A stretch of 64,000 nucleotides of DNA, from the NCBI GenBank assembly GCA_964016885.1, contig OZ024741.1:169198001-169262000 (forward strand), read 5' to 3'. The position numbers and the translations under genes were made by a program. The notes below the pieces were generated by a model that was given only the letters and a program-made list of their open reading frames with translations, did no database searches and was not told the origin of the DNA. Source of the stretch: Eledone cirrhosa. Taxonomy: Eukaryota. This document shows positions 25,950 to 38,690 of this stretch, one piece after another (positions within the stretch are counted from its first letter, which is position 1; each line of letters begins with the position of its first letter).

Positions 25950-26506
25950 TTATATCCTCAGTGTATAGTGATTAATGTTCAGAGCCATCCTCACCATTCT
26001 CGTGTAGTACCCATCCTCCATCTGAGTGAGTTTCTTGGTCAGTGTCCAAGTCTCAGAGCTGTACAGCAGCACAGACTCCACTACAGCAATGAAGAGGCGG
26101 ATTTTCAGGTCTTTACGAAGGTCCGACTTCCACACTGATCTCAAGCTGTGGCACGTTGCCCAGGCTTTGCTCTTCCTCTCAACCACATCATCTTCCATAT
26201 TCCCAATCGTTGCTCCCAAATAGAGAGCTGTATGGGAGCCTCCCAAAAGACAGCTCAAAAGTGACACAGAGGAGACTGAGGTTAGCTGGACATGCTCACC
26301 AACATCCAGAGTTGACATTGCACTCAGTGCTCCTGTGGGAGCCCCTACATGGACACACTGGAAGAGGAAGACCAAGGTTAACGTATATTGATGCCCTAAG
26401 GACAGACACTGGTCTGTTGGAGATGCAGGACATGGCAGCAATAATGAGGGACAGAGACTGCTGGAGAGAACTCGTCCATGGATCTCGGGAATTTTACCCG
26501 CCCTAG
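25950..26506 (+). mobile_element. RTE LINE 3' fragment with an inverted 5' part
   Basis: About 25950-26222 encodes ...VESVLLYSSETWTLTKK...ALNINHYTLR on the minus strand. About 26223-26506 continues ELYG...RRLRLAGH..HPE on the plus strand. Confidence 0.85.
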
Positions 26507-26590
26507 ATAGATATATGTCTAATGGTAGCTAAGATGGTTCCATAGGCGGTATGCCGGTTGAGCACTCTATGCTCCTACGGAGCAGAATAT

Positions 26591-26628
<38 letters not shown>

Positions 26629-26707
26629 AATATATATAATAAAATATATTTTGATTACGTGAATGTCTATATTTATTAATATTTTGAATTAATATATATA
26701 TATGTCT

Positions 26708-27103
26708 AGAGACTTGGACACTGACCAAGAAACTCACTCAGATGGTGGGATGGGTGCTACACGAGAATGCTGAGGATGGCTCTGAACATTAATCAGTATA
26801 CACTGAGGATGAAAAACTCAGAGCTGTATGGGAGCATCCCAAAAGTCAGCTCAAAAGTGACACAGAGGAGACTGAGGTTAACTGGACATGCTCACCGACA
26901 TCCAGAGTTGACATTGCACTCAGTGCTCCTATGGGAGCCCCTACATGGACACACTAGAAGAGGAAGACCAAGGTTAACGTATGTTGATGCCCTAAGGACA
27001 GACACTGGTCTGTTGGAGACACAGGACATGGCAGCGATAATGAGGGACAGAGACCGCTGGAGAGAACTCGTCCATGGATCTCAGGAATTTTTACCTGCCC
27101 TAG
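26708..27103 (+). mobile_element. RTE LINE 3' fragment, non-inverted copy of the same family
   Basis: ETWTLTKK..YTRMLRMALNINQYTLRMKNSELYGSIPKVSSKVTQRRLRL. Confidence 0.85.
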
Positions 27104-28039
27104 AATATATATATATATTAAACTTAAACCAAAATCTCATTTTGTGGTGCGGATACAAATCAAATCAGCTAAAAAATTGTAAATTTTAACCTATATAATG
27201 CCCCAATCATGGTTTATGAAACTTATAAATTAATATTGACTGCTTCATCATTATTTGAGCTGATTTAGATAGTTTTGGGCTGCTATTTCTAGCGTTGATA
27301 TAAGCCCGTCCTATAGTCCTAATACATTGAGTAGAACATTTTCATACAGTAATTTAGTGTTGCATCTCGTAGATTCATCATGCAATCAACAAATGGCATG
27401 GTTTATATGATATATATTCAGCTTGTCCTTTGGGTGGAGTATATTCATATGGTAATTCAACGGTATAATACCTTGTTCACCATAAGACCTAGCCATGAAA
27501 TGGTATGAATGATATGTCCCCTTATTCTTATGAAAAATTCACCTCTCGATGAAGAAACTTCAATTCTTCCAATATTGGTTATTCCAATGTCTTGGAATTC
27601 CCGGTGTTGTATCTTAAGTTTCAGAAACGATGGTTGGGGCATTATATAGCTTAAAATTGACTTGTTTTTAGCCAATTTGACATGTAGCCCACCAAAATGA
27701 GATTTTGTCCTAAGTTTAATATATTTTAATACTTCTCTGGATAATTAGTTTATTAATTTATTGATATATCTTGTCCTTTCATTTAGATGCCTACATATTA
27801 GAGATGGTTAACTTTATAGACTTATAAATTAATATATATATGTGTGTGTGTATGTAAATATATGAGTATATATATATATATATATATTTTGAGTATATGT
27901 TGGTTGTATACCAACACCTCAGTATGCAGATTGGAGCACTCGACGAAGTGCGCAGGTTGGTTTGGTTACTCCCGAGTAATATAAAATAAAATAAATAAGT
28001 CAAATGTTTACAATTTTTTAAAATTTGGCTTCGTTTATT

Positions 28040-28094
28040 ACTGCTATATATATTTCAGTGAAAGCCATCATTGGCTGTGACCTCTTCAGGCAGT
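28040..28094 (-). ncRNA. Type I hammerhead ribozyme
   Basis: ACTGC-CTGAAGA-ggtcacAGCCAatgaTGGCTttcact-GAAA-T-atat-ATA^GCAGT. Confidence 0.75.
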
Positions 28095-28416
28095 TCGAAT
28101 TAGTGTGGTAGAGACGAGTACACATGTTGTTGAGGTGTTTAACTTTGTCAATACTCTGATATGCCCAGTTCCTGGTTGGGTTGTTATTTCACTGAGGAAC
28201 TGGAATCATACACCAAAATCACACACCAAAATAATATGATTCCAGTTCCTCAGTGAACTAACAACCCAACCAGGAACTGGGCATATCAGAGTATTGACAA
28301 AGTTAAACAAGTTGAAAATGAACAAACAAAAAACAGAAAATAATTTTACCTGTACTGGATTTACCATCAATTCCAAGGGTCCAGGTTTGTTATATATATA
28401 TGTATATGTATGTATA

Positions 28417-28760
28417 TCATCATCATCATCATCATCATCATCGTTTAACGTCCATCTTCCACACTTGCATGGGTTTGGACGGGAATTTTCCCACTTGAAG
28501 CAAGATTGGTTGTCTTGCTCGCATAGGACTGTCTGGCGGGTTTTCTATGGCTGGATGCCCTTCCTAACACCAATCACGTTTACAGTGTGGACTGGGAGGT
28601 TTTTACCGTGTTACCTACACGGCCACATTACAGTGTGGACTGTGTGTTTTTTTGTCGTGACACCTACACGACCTCATTTATCTCAGGCTGGATGTTGTAG
28701 TACCAACATAACTTTACCTGGAAAGGGGTGGTGTGGATGGGTGGGGGGGGAGTATTTTTG
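28417..28760 (-). mobile_element. RTE 3'UTR-derived repeat (relatives at 39058-39327, 47063-47268, 54977-55270)
   Basis: Reverse complement of the sequence following the RTE ORF at 34155-34503, with a (CAT)n tail. Confidence 0.7.
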
Positions 28761-29083
28761 TTAGAGGTGCCTACTGACTGTAGGTTTCGCTTTGTACTTA
28801 GGCAAGGCAGGTCTTCTGTATATATATATATATATTAATATGTCATTTATTTTGTCTGACCTGTTTAGCTTGACTTGTTTTCTGGCTTAGGTGGTTAATG
28901 GCTTCTTGACCGCCTTCTCAGTTTGTATGGCCTTTATAACCTATGTTTATTGCTCTGGGTTTTTTTAGCCCATGGAGCGCTTGCCAGCATGACTCGGAAT
29001 TTGCGTTACGTTTTGCTTTTTCTACCCGCCGAAATGTGATTCTCGCTGAATTTATATTTATATATATATATATATGTATGTAT

Positions 29084-29141
<58 letters not shown>

Positions 29142-29147
29142 ATTAGT

Positions 29148-29493
29148 CACATGGCTTAGTGGTTAGATCATTGGGCTTGCAATCGAAATGTTGTGAGTTC
29201 AATTCTCAGACCAGGTGATGTGTTGTTTCCTTGAGCAAGACACTTTATTTCACATTGCTTCAGTTTACTCAGCTGTAGAAATGAGATGATAGGGACTGGG
29301 GTCCCTATCATTCCACTGTAAAGTGGTGTTGGAGGTGCCACAGCAAAAAAGCACCCAGCACTCACTGTAAATGAGATTGGTGTTAGGAAGGGCATCCAGC
29401 TGTAGAAATCAAGCCAGAATCAGTTCCCGTCCCACCCTTGCAAGCAGGGAAAAGCGGACATAAAATGATGATGATGATGATGATGATGATGAT
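29148..29493 (+). mobile_element. Family A SINE
   Basis: Full-length match with (GAT)n tail. Confidence 0.85.
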
Positions 29494-29724
29494 ATATATA
29501 TATATATATATTGTAATGAGTTACTGCCTGATATCAAGTGGATAACTGAATTATTTCTTTCAGCTCTTTCCAACCTCCTTAAACCTACACTACATCTCCA
29601 GTCTAGCTGCAATACTGTGAAGCTAAATTACATAACCATCACAGGATTTATAACCTGTTTATCCAACACCAACCTTCACAATGCACACACCACACATACA
29701 CACACATTGCACATGCACACGGCA

Positions 29725-29770
<46 letters not shown>

Positions 29771-30719
29771 CACACACAGCTTACCCCAACACCACCCACT
29801 ACAACAGAGCACACACACAACTAAGCACATAACATATCACTACTCAAGGCAAAGCCTAAACGCGCACACATGTCATAGGGACAAAAGTCTAATACACACA
29901 CAGCACAACCCCATCATCTCCACAACACACACCTATACACCGAAAAAACATGTTACAACTTCCACTTAGACCCCGCCCGGATAACGTAATTCCCATCATC
30001 ACCCGTGGATTTACTTCCACTTTATCCAACTGTAACCTACCCCCACCCTACTATCACATAATGCACATACCACACATACCACACACACAGACATACTACA
30101 TAATCACAACACCTCTACAACACACACCAAAATAAGAAATAAACAACTATACAGAATCACACACCAAAATAAATATTACCACTGTGCTTCTCCTAGCCCC
30201 ACCCCACCCACCCACCCACCTACACACACTGAGAAACTAAATCTTTTTAAGTTACATTATTGTCACCATTATCATCATCATCATCGTCATCATCGTCCTT
30301 GTCAACACCATTGTCACCATTAACCTATACACCCCACTGAAAGCTTTTCTCCCCTCATACTATTTCACCCATTTCTTCACTTAGCTACTCACTTCCCCTA
30401 CATGTCAATCACATGGGGACTCCACCCCTGGAGTGTCAACGCTTGGAAAGAGCTGAAAGAAAAAAATAATATCATCATCATCATCATCATCATCGATTAA
30501 CATCTATCTTCCACGCTTGCATGAGTTACACAGGTCCCATTTAGAAGCAAGTTGGGTCGGGTGACCGTGTCTTGCTCATATAGGGGTATTTCTGGCTGAT
30601 TTTCTACAGCTGGATGCATTTCCTAATGCAAACGACATTGACATGTCTTCTATATATAAATAAATTTTCATTTAACTAAACAAGTCTGATAAGTAGATTG
30701 ATGCTGGTCTATAACACAA

Positions 30720-31165
30720 TATGAACCTTGAGCCAATCATCTGTGAAACATATGGAACTGGTTGTGAAAAAAAAACGGGAAGGGGAGGGAATGGCAAATA
30801 CTCGAGTGTTACAAAAGAATGGGGAGGGGGAAGAGGAAGGACGATTGGGCTCTGGGCCTAGAGCATGGCAGTGGAGAGGCTGCACCCCACAGACAAGACT
30901 GCAAAAGTATTGACATGGACAATGGCCAGTGACACCTGCTTGAACAGACACCCCACCTCATGGGAATCCCTCCTTAGATGGGCAGCTAACATTCTGATCA
31001 TGCGGAGGAGCTCAACTGTACAGAGTCCAAGTACGCCTGAGATCTCGATAGCAACTGGTGTGAAGAGCAAGTGGCCGGACAGTCCCTGGTATTTGTTTAT
31101 TTTCCATTCCTCTGCGAGGTGGGCCATGGTACCAGGGTTTGTGGCCGAAGCGACTAAACTGAAGG
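30720..31165 (-). mobile_element. RLE-type (CRE-like) non-LTR retrotransposon 3' fragment
   Basis: AEEWKINKYQGL..FTPVAIEISGVLG...LFKQVSLAIVHVNTFAVL resembles the restriction-like endonuclease C-terminus (AE..K..KY...F.P.A.ET.G...QRGNA). Confidence 0.65.
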
Positions 31166-31267
31166 CTTTTTTATTCTTAATTAATACACTCTACCTTACC
31201 ATTGAGAGGTAATATTGGTACCACCTCTAGTAAATCATAAAGCTACTGAAATTATTGGATAAATCAA

Positions 31268-31304
<37 letters not shown>

Positions 31305-31473
31305 GACAGAGCCATAGATATATATATGTATTTTTGGCAACCATTCACGGTGTGGCTCAATGACGAATTAATTAATCCAATAATCAACAATCAGAGCAGT
31401 ATATAAGAAAGTAAGTCCATAGAATCATTTGATAAAATATATATTTTATCAAATGATTCTATGGACTTACTTT

Positions 31474-31508
<35 letters not shown>

Positions 31509-31523
31509 GGAAAAAATGAAACG

Positions 31524-31592
<69 letters not shown>

Positions 31593-31644
31593 CGTTTCTG
31601 AATTATTGGCAACATGACCCTCCCAAAGTATAACAATATATATA

Positions 31645-31682
<38 letters not shown>

Positions 31683-31812
31683 TGTTTTGCAAGGTTTTTT
31701 TATATGAAATCGTGTGTCGAAACAAATATTGTTATACTATGGAGATATAAAAGATACAGAAGCGAAAACCAACCAAACAGTGAGTGTGTTCTGTTATTAT
31801 TTTTGGCAGTGA

Positions 31813-31990
31813 ATTGGCAGTATTGATAGAGGGTCAGCCATGCTTTCCAGCGTAGTTACGTCCCTTTACGATCTGAGTTCAAAATCCACCGAGGTTAACT
31901 TTGCCTTTCATCCTTACGGAGTCGATAAAATAAAGTACCAGTAATGTACTGGGTTATTGCTGGCCTTGTGCCAAAAGTAGAAACAATTAT
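31813..31990 (+). mobile_element. Nin/Deu-domain SINE
   Basis: Family B motifs. Confidence 0.8.
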
Positions 31991-32339
31991 TTTTGGCAAT
32001 ATTATTACAACAATATGACCCTCCCCAAGTATAACAATATATATAAAGTGTAAATGCCTCCTTTGGTCAAGAATGACCATGGGATTTGCACCTAGAAATT
32101 TCTCCTCCAAGACACAAGCCTGGGTAAAATTGTTGGTGTAAGACCAGCTGTTGCCTCTCTGTCCAAGGGAAAGACAAATCTGATTCAGCTTGGCACCAGT
32201 GAAATCACAACTGATTTTTTTACAGCTGAGTGAATTGGAGTAGCATGAAAATATAGTGTCTTACTCAAGGAAACACACTGCCTGGTCCAGGAATCAAACT
32301 CACAACCTGATGACCACTAAGCCATGTGCTTTCATAAAT

Positions 32340-32520
32340 AATTGTTTCTAGTTTTGGCACAAGGCCAGCAATTATCCAGTGCATTACTGGTACTTTATTT
32401 TATCGACCCCGTAAGGATGAAAGGCAAAGTTAACCTCGGCAGGATTTGAACTCAGAATGGCAAGGGCCGTAACTCTATGCGTCAAAGTATGGCGTCCAAC
32501 CCGCTAGCGATACTGCCAAT
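32340..32520 (-). mobile_element. Nin/Deu-domain SINE
   Basis: Family B motifs. Confidence 0.8.
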
Positions 32521-32759
32521 CCAGATGACAAATACTTCATTGAACCCATCTATCACCTTCATACATATGAAAATATAGATTTTATGTGATTGGCACGATT
32601 TTTTATTTACATGTTTGCATTTGTCTTCAACAGCTTATTAAACTATGAAATAGACGACAATTCAACAAGACAAATGTCTATATTGACATATTCACTCATC
32701 AAACAGTTTCATATATTGTAACATTTAAACATTCACATGCATACACAAGTACAGTTATA

Positions 32760-32797
<38 letters not shown>

Positions 32798-32909
32798 CAA
32801 ATATATGTGTTATGTAACCTTTCTATAGGTTTATGTATATAGATAATTATATGGCTGTATACATATATATATAATTGGTGTTGGATACTTAAAGCATCCA
32901 TATGCAGTA

Positions 32910-32991
<82 letters not shown>

Positions 32992-33155
32992 TAAAGATGT
33001 ATACATAAATATATATATATATATATATATAGTTATATCTATATATAACATCATCATCATTTTAAAGCTTTACATGAGTTGGATAAATTGTTTATAGCAC
33101 AACTTCCTTCATTCCCTCATTGTCTCCTTTGTATATACTTATGCATATAAATATA

Positions 33156-33206
<51 letters not shown>

Positions 33207-33233
33207 GACTTAAAATTATATATATATATATAA

Positions 33234-34503
33234 AGGACTTAAAATTAACCTGGCTAAGACCAAAGTTCTAGTTTTTAGGAAAGAAAACAAGGCGGCGGTC
33301 CCTTCTGGGAAATGGTCGTGCTCGGTGTGTAGGAAAGGCGTAGGTAGAAACTCCATTTTATGTCCTAAATGCAAAGTATGGGTGCATAAAAGATGTAGTG
33401 GGATCACAGGTAAGCTAACTAAGAACATAGATTTTACATGTGGCCGGTGCTCTGGTGCAATAAGTAGCAGCAAGTGCCCACAAAATACTAGCTCTTTCAA
33501 TTGCGCAGAGGGTTCTATAGAAATAGTGGACAGCTTCCGTTACCTGGGCGATAAAATCAGCAGTGGGGGAGGGTGCTCTGAAAGTACTGTAGCTAGAGTC
33601 AGAACTGGTTGGAAAAAGTTCAGAGAGCTTATACCACTATTAGCTGCTAAAGGGTTCTCCCTAAAAATGAAAGGCAGGTTATACGATGCCTGCATACGAA
33701 CAGCAATGCTGCATGGCAGTGAGACCTGGGCATTGTGTGCAGAGGATATACGCAGACTAGAGAGGAATGAAGCTTGCATGCTCCGCTGGATGTGTAACAG
33801 TAATATACGTGAACGGCAAAGCATAAACGAACTAAGGAAAAAATTAGAGATAAGAGGGATCAGATGTTGTTTACTCGAGAGAAGGCTACGTTGGTATGGA
33901 CACGTGATGCGCATGAAAGTCGATAGCTGTATAACAAAGTGCAGGGCAATAAAGATAGACGGTAGCCATGGAATAGGCAGACCTAGAAAAACCTGGGACG
34001 AGCTGATAAACTCCGACCTCACACACTTACACCTCTCCAAGACAATGTCACTGGACCGAGACCTTTGGCGGTACTCAGTAACAGAGAAGACCCGCCTTAC
34101 CTAAATATATAGTAAAACCTACTCCAGCCAGGCATCTCTAACAAAATACACCCCGTCCCACCACCACCACCCCCACCCCATCCACACCACCCCATTCTAT
34201 GTAAAGTTATGTTGGTGCCGCGCCATCCAGGCCGAAACAAATGAGATCGTGTAGGTGTCACGACAAAAAAACACACAGTCCACGCTGTAATGTGGCCGTG
34301 TAGGCAACACGGTAAAAACCTCCCAGACCCACACTGTAAATGTGGTTGGTGTTAGGAAGGGCATCCAACTGTAGAAAACCTGCCAGACAGTCCTATGCGA
34401 GCAAGACAATCACTCTTGCCTCAAGTGGGACTACCCCCATCCAAACCCATGCAAGCGTGGAACACGGACGTTAAACGTTGATGATGATGATGATGATGAT
34501 GAT
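33234..34503 (+). mobile_element. 5'-truncated RTE-type LINE with open C-terminal ORF (PHD-like finger) and 3'UTR
   Basis: KGLKINLAKTK...CSVCRKGVGRNSILCPKCKVWVHKRC...FRYLG...MLHGSETW...RRLRWYGHV...GRPRKTW. (GAT)n tail ends at about 34503. Confidence 0.9.
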
Positions 34504-34689
34504 ATATATATTGTTATATTTGAGGAGGGTTATATTGTTATAATATTGCCAGAAATAATAATTGTTTCTACTTTTGGCACAAGGCCAGCAATTACCCAGT
34601 GCACTACTGGTACTTTATTTTACTGTGTCATCAACTTTGAGAGGTGCAATTGTGTAAAGTCAGCTCTAACCACTAAACCATGTATACAT

Positions 34690-35940
34690 AGCACCAAATA
34701 CAAAACACAACAACATGACAACATCACAACCACAAACGCATCAGAACATATCACAACAAAAAATTAATAGGCCTAAATCACAACCCACCCCCAACAACTT
34801 ACAAAACCGCAACGATGAACCTGCACACAGTAAAACCTCAAATTGTAATTGCCACCTACCGGATAAGTGCCCACTATGGAATAGATGCCTGGAGTCGAGT
34901 ATGGTATACCTGTGTACTGTAAATTTAGGCAACTCTACTTGGCACTACATAGGTTCCACGGCTGGGGAGTTCAAGAAAAGGTGGTACGTCCACAGACACT
35001 CCATGAAGAACCGTGGACTGGAGAACTCTACGACGCTCGCCAATAAAATCTGGCAGCTTAAGGACAAAAACCTAGCTATAAGATTAGCTGGTCAAAATTA
35101 TCAGTAATGGAATGTCCAACTGCGGGCTTTGTAACTTAGAACTACTACATATTTTAAGGTACCATGGGATGCTGCTTAGCAGCAAAATAGAAAGATCAAT
35201 TTTCTGTAGGCATAAAATAGCTACTAGATTCACAAACTTTAAACCACCATGATTTGAACTAGCAATCCCAAAATTAGAACTGAACCACCTAGATTTTAAC
35301 ATAAAGAATACATACCATCACACTGCTATTAGCTGTCAAACGGCCAACTGGTCACTGGATCATAAATCTCTGAACATTTCTTTCGCCCTCTCTCCCTGAG
35401 ACAGCATCAACTCCATTAAGATAGAACAATCAGCAAAACATTTAGAACAAGCATTTATCAAACGTCCATCATCCCTAGCCCATAAATCTCATACATGTAT
35501 CCACCAATTAATCTCTAATTTATTGTTTTTTTCTTTTATCTGTCACTACATCGGACCCTCTACGTATCTATGTACATCTCGAATCTGGTTTCTCACTTAT
35601 TTATTTCTTTATATTTTCCATTTTCTCATTTTCTTATTTTTTAATATACCCTATCTTATCTTTTACTTTTCACTTTTTACATCTGTAACCTCTCTACCTA
35701 TTTACCACATATGTTTTATTATTGATGTTATTGTTTTGATTATACGCTATTTTTCTATATAAGTCTTGCCTCGAGTGAATTATTTTTATATCTACGTACT
35801 CTGATGTGTTGACCACAGGCAAATAATGTATTGGAGATCAAGTGATGCCACCTCAAGCGATTAGCGAACTCGAGACTCATCTGATCAACGAAACAATTGT
35901 CAGAGCCAACAATGTTACTCTTTATTCTGTAACTATATAA
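34690..35940 (+). mobile_element. Penelope-like element 3' part: GIY-YIG endonuclease remnant plus pLTR
   Basis: CNC...CP...CL..SMVYLCTV......HYIGSTAGEFKKRWYVHRHSM...TTLANKIW. Hammerhead-like motif downstream at 35797-35905. Confidence 0.8.
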
Positions 35941-35994
35941 TATATATATTGTTATACTTTGGGAGGGTCAGAAACGAAATATATATATATACAT

Positions 35995-36378
35995 ACATGG
36001 CTTAGTGGTTAGAGCATTGGCCTTGCAATCGAAAGGTTGTGAGTTCAATTCTCAGACCAGGTGATGTGTTGTTTCCTTGAGCAAGACACTTTATTTCACA
36101 TTTCTCCAGTTTACTCAGCTGTAGAAATGAGATGATAGGACTGGGGTCCATATCATTCCACTGCAACGTGGTCGTGGAGGTGCCACGGCCAAAAAGCACC
36201 CAGCACTCACTGTAAAGTGCACGTGTAGGCACCACGGAAAAAAAGCACCCAGCACTCACTGTAAATGAGGTTGGTGTTAGGAACGGCATCCAGCTGTAGA
36301 AATTAAGCCAGAATCAGTTCCTGTCCCACCCTTGCAAGCAGGGAAAAGCGGACGTAAAATGATGATGATGATGATGAT
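35995..36378 (+). mobile_element. Family A SINE with duplicated internal unit
   Basis: Full-length match with (GAT)n tail. Confidence 0.85.
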
Positions 36379-36538
36379 ACATGTAAGAGGTCGATACACA
36401 ATAAAAACATAAATACATGTAAACGAAAGTTCATTGTTTTTCTTATTATATACATGCTGTCTGTGCAACAAGTGCTCATATTGGTACCACCACCAGTAAT
36501 TCAGTGAACCGCACACTATATATATGTATATATGTATA

Positions 36539-36577
<39 letters not shown>

Positions 36578-37272
36578 CGAAGGAAATGTGGTAAGGAACC
36601 AGATGGACCATAACGCACCAAAGTACTCAATACTTAGGGTAGTAGAGTAGGTAATAGGAACGAGTAGGACCCCTTGGGGTCCTACTCGTTCCTATATATA
36701 TCTATATATAATAGATATAATAATAACACATTTTCAACTGCTTATCGTCAAGAACTGTGCCTGTAAATAATATTATTTTTTCTTTCCCATTACCTTATCA
36801 TGTTCCACATTACCCACTTTTTTTCTTTTTTCTTTTCACTTCAAAAACCTTGTTTGTAAATAACATTATTCTTTCTTCCCCATTTCCTTAACATGTTCAA
36901 CATCACCAACATTTTACACCAATACAAATTCCCCCCTTTGATAATGCATACAATGCTGAAACCGGTAATAGACAATTATTAAATATATAAATAAATAAAT
37001 GCCATTGTTAATTAATAAATAAATTAACTAATTCCTTAACACTTCACACAAAGTAAAATATTTTGTTTTAAACATTTTCTAACCCAGAAAAAAGAGAAAA
37101 AATAAAAGGGAAAAAAATATATTTTTCTTCCTAATAATCGTCTTTTTCTCCCTATTTTCATATATATATATATATATATAAATATAAATTCAGCAAGAAT
37201 CGCATTTCGGCGGGTACATACACACATATATATATATATATATATAAAATACACATATATATATATATACAT

Positions 37273-37305
<33 letters not shown>

Positions 37306-37309
37306 CAAC

Positions 37310-38690
37310 TTTTATAACTTTAATAGATTTTGGCCAGTATTGTCCAAGGCCATGTCTAACTTAATAGCACCGCCTAGCAAAGTCTTTCAAATCAGGATTT
37401 GGAGACCATGGCCCACTCAAGAAGGGAGTTATTGTTTGCGGAGACATATCCAAGTGTAGGAGGTTTATCCAGGATTTCTTGAAGGAATTTGTCCAAAGAC
37501 TTCTTGAACTTTATGGGGGTCTGTTTCTGTTTTAATGTGTTTTGTGTAATGTTAAAGAGAGCGGGGCCAATTAAGATGAAATAATTGTGCGGTATTGTTG
37601 TTATGAGATGCGAGTTTGATTTTTGTTGTGGGCATATAGCATGGGGCCCCAGCCTTGGGTGTAGTTTAAAGGTGATGCAAACATCATTTGGGCATTGCTG
37701 ATGGAATATTTTCCACATCATACAGATAACGTAACCCTCACGGTGGCATTGGAGACAATAAAGTTTGAGTCTTTCTAGTCAACCCCAATAGTCAAGGCCT
37801 GATATGCCATCTATCTTTTTCGTGATTGACCTTTAAGGAGCTTCAATTTTCATGATACTTTGTTTCGTGTGGGGAGACCACAGTAGACAACAGTATTCAA
37901 GGTGGGGGTCAGGAAAAAGTGGAGAAGAGAAGGAAAATTGTGTGGATTTCTCTCGGCTGGAAGCTTCTGAGAATCCAGGAACATATTCTGCAGGCCATGT
38001 CAACTTTGCTGTTTATATGAGTGGCCCAGCTTATGTTGTTATCCACAATTACTTTCAAGTCTCTTATGTTGTTGGATGCCATGAGAGTTTCCCCTGAAGG
38101 AAGGGAGTATGGGAATTTCAAGGGATCTTCTTTTCCAAAGTAGATTAACTCAAATTTATTCTCATTCATCAGCATATTGTTCTTTTCCGTCCATTGGATA
38201 ACAGCCAGTAGATCAGACTGGAGGAATATCTGGTCACCCATGCCATTGATGACTTCCTGGAGCTTGGAATCATCTGCAAAGATCCTTATGCTGCTGTGCT
38301 TGATGATGTCAGTAATGTCATTAATATAGATAATGAAAAGAAGTGGGCCCAGTAGTGGGCTCACATACCTTGTGAGACACCACTATTGACTTTGGCTTGG
38401 CAGGATTTTACTCCTTCAACTACATGTTGGGCTCTGTTTGGCAGGAAACACTTGATCCACTGCAGCAACTTTCCAGTGACACCAATGTTGGATAGTTTTC
38501 TCAGTAGAATGTTGTGATCAACCCGGTCAAAGGCCTTACTAAAATCAAGGTAGATGACATCAGTGTTGGAGCCCTCTCCCAAAGCTCTCAAAATATCATC
38601 AAAGTGATGCAGTAGCTGCGTTATGCAATCCCTTCCATTACAGAACCCAGCCGGTTGGAGTTCAGCAGATTGTTTCTTTCAAGAAAGTGC
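37310..38690 (-). mobile_element. CR1/L2-group LINE RT fragment with 3' end
   Basis: DVIYLDFSKAFDRVDH, SGVSQG, LGPLLFIIYINDI, FADDSKL, KFKKSLDKFL, with frameshifts. Confidence 0.9.
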
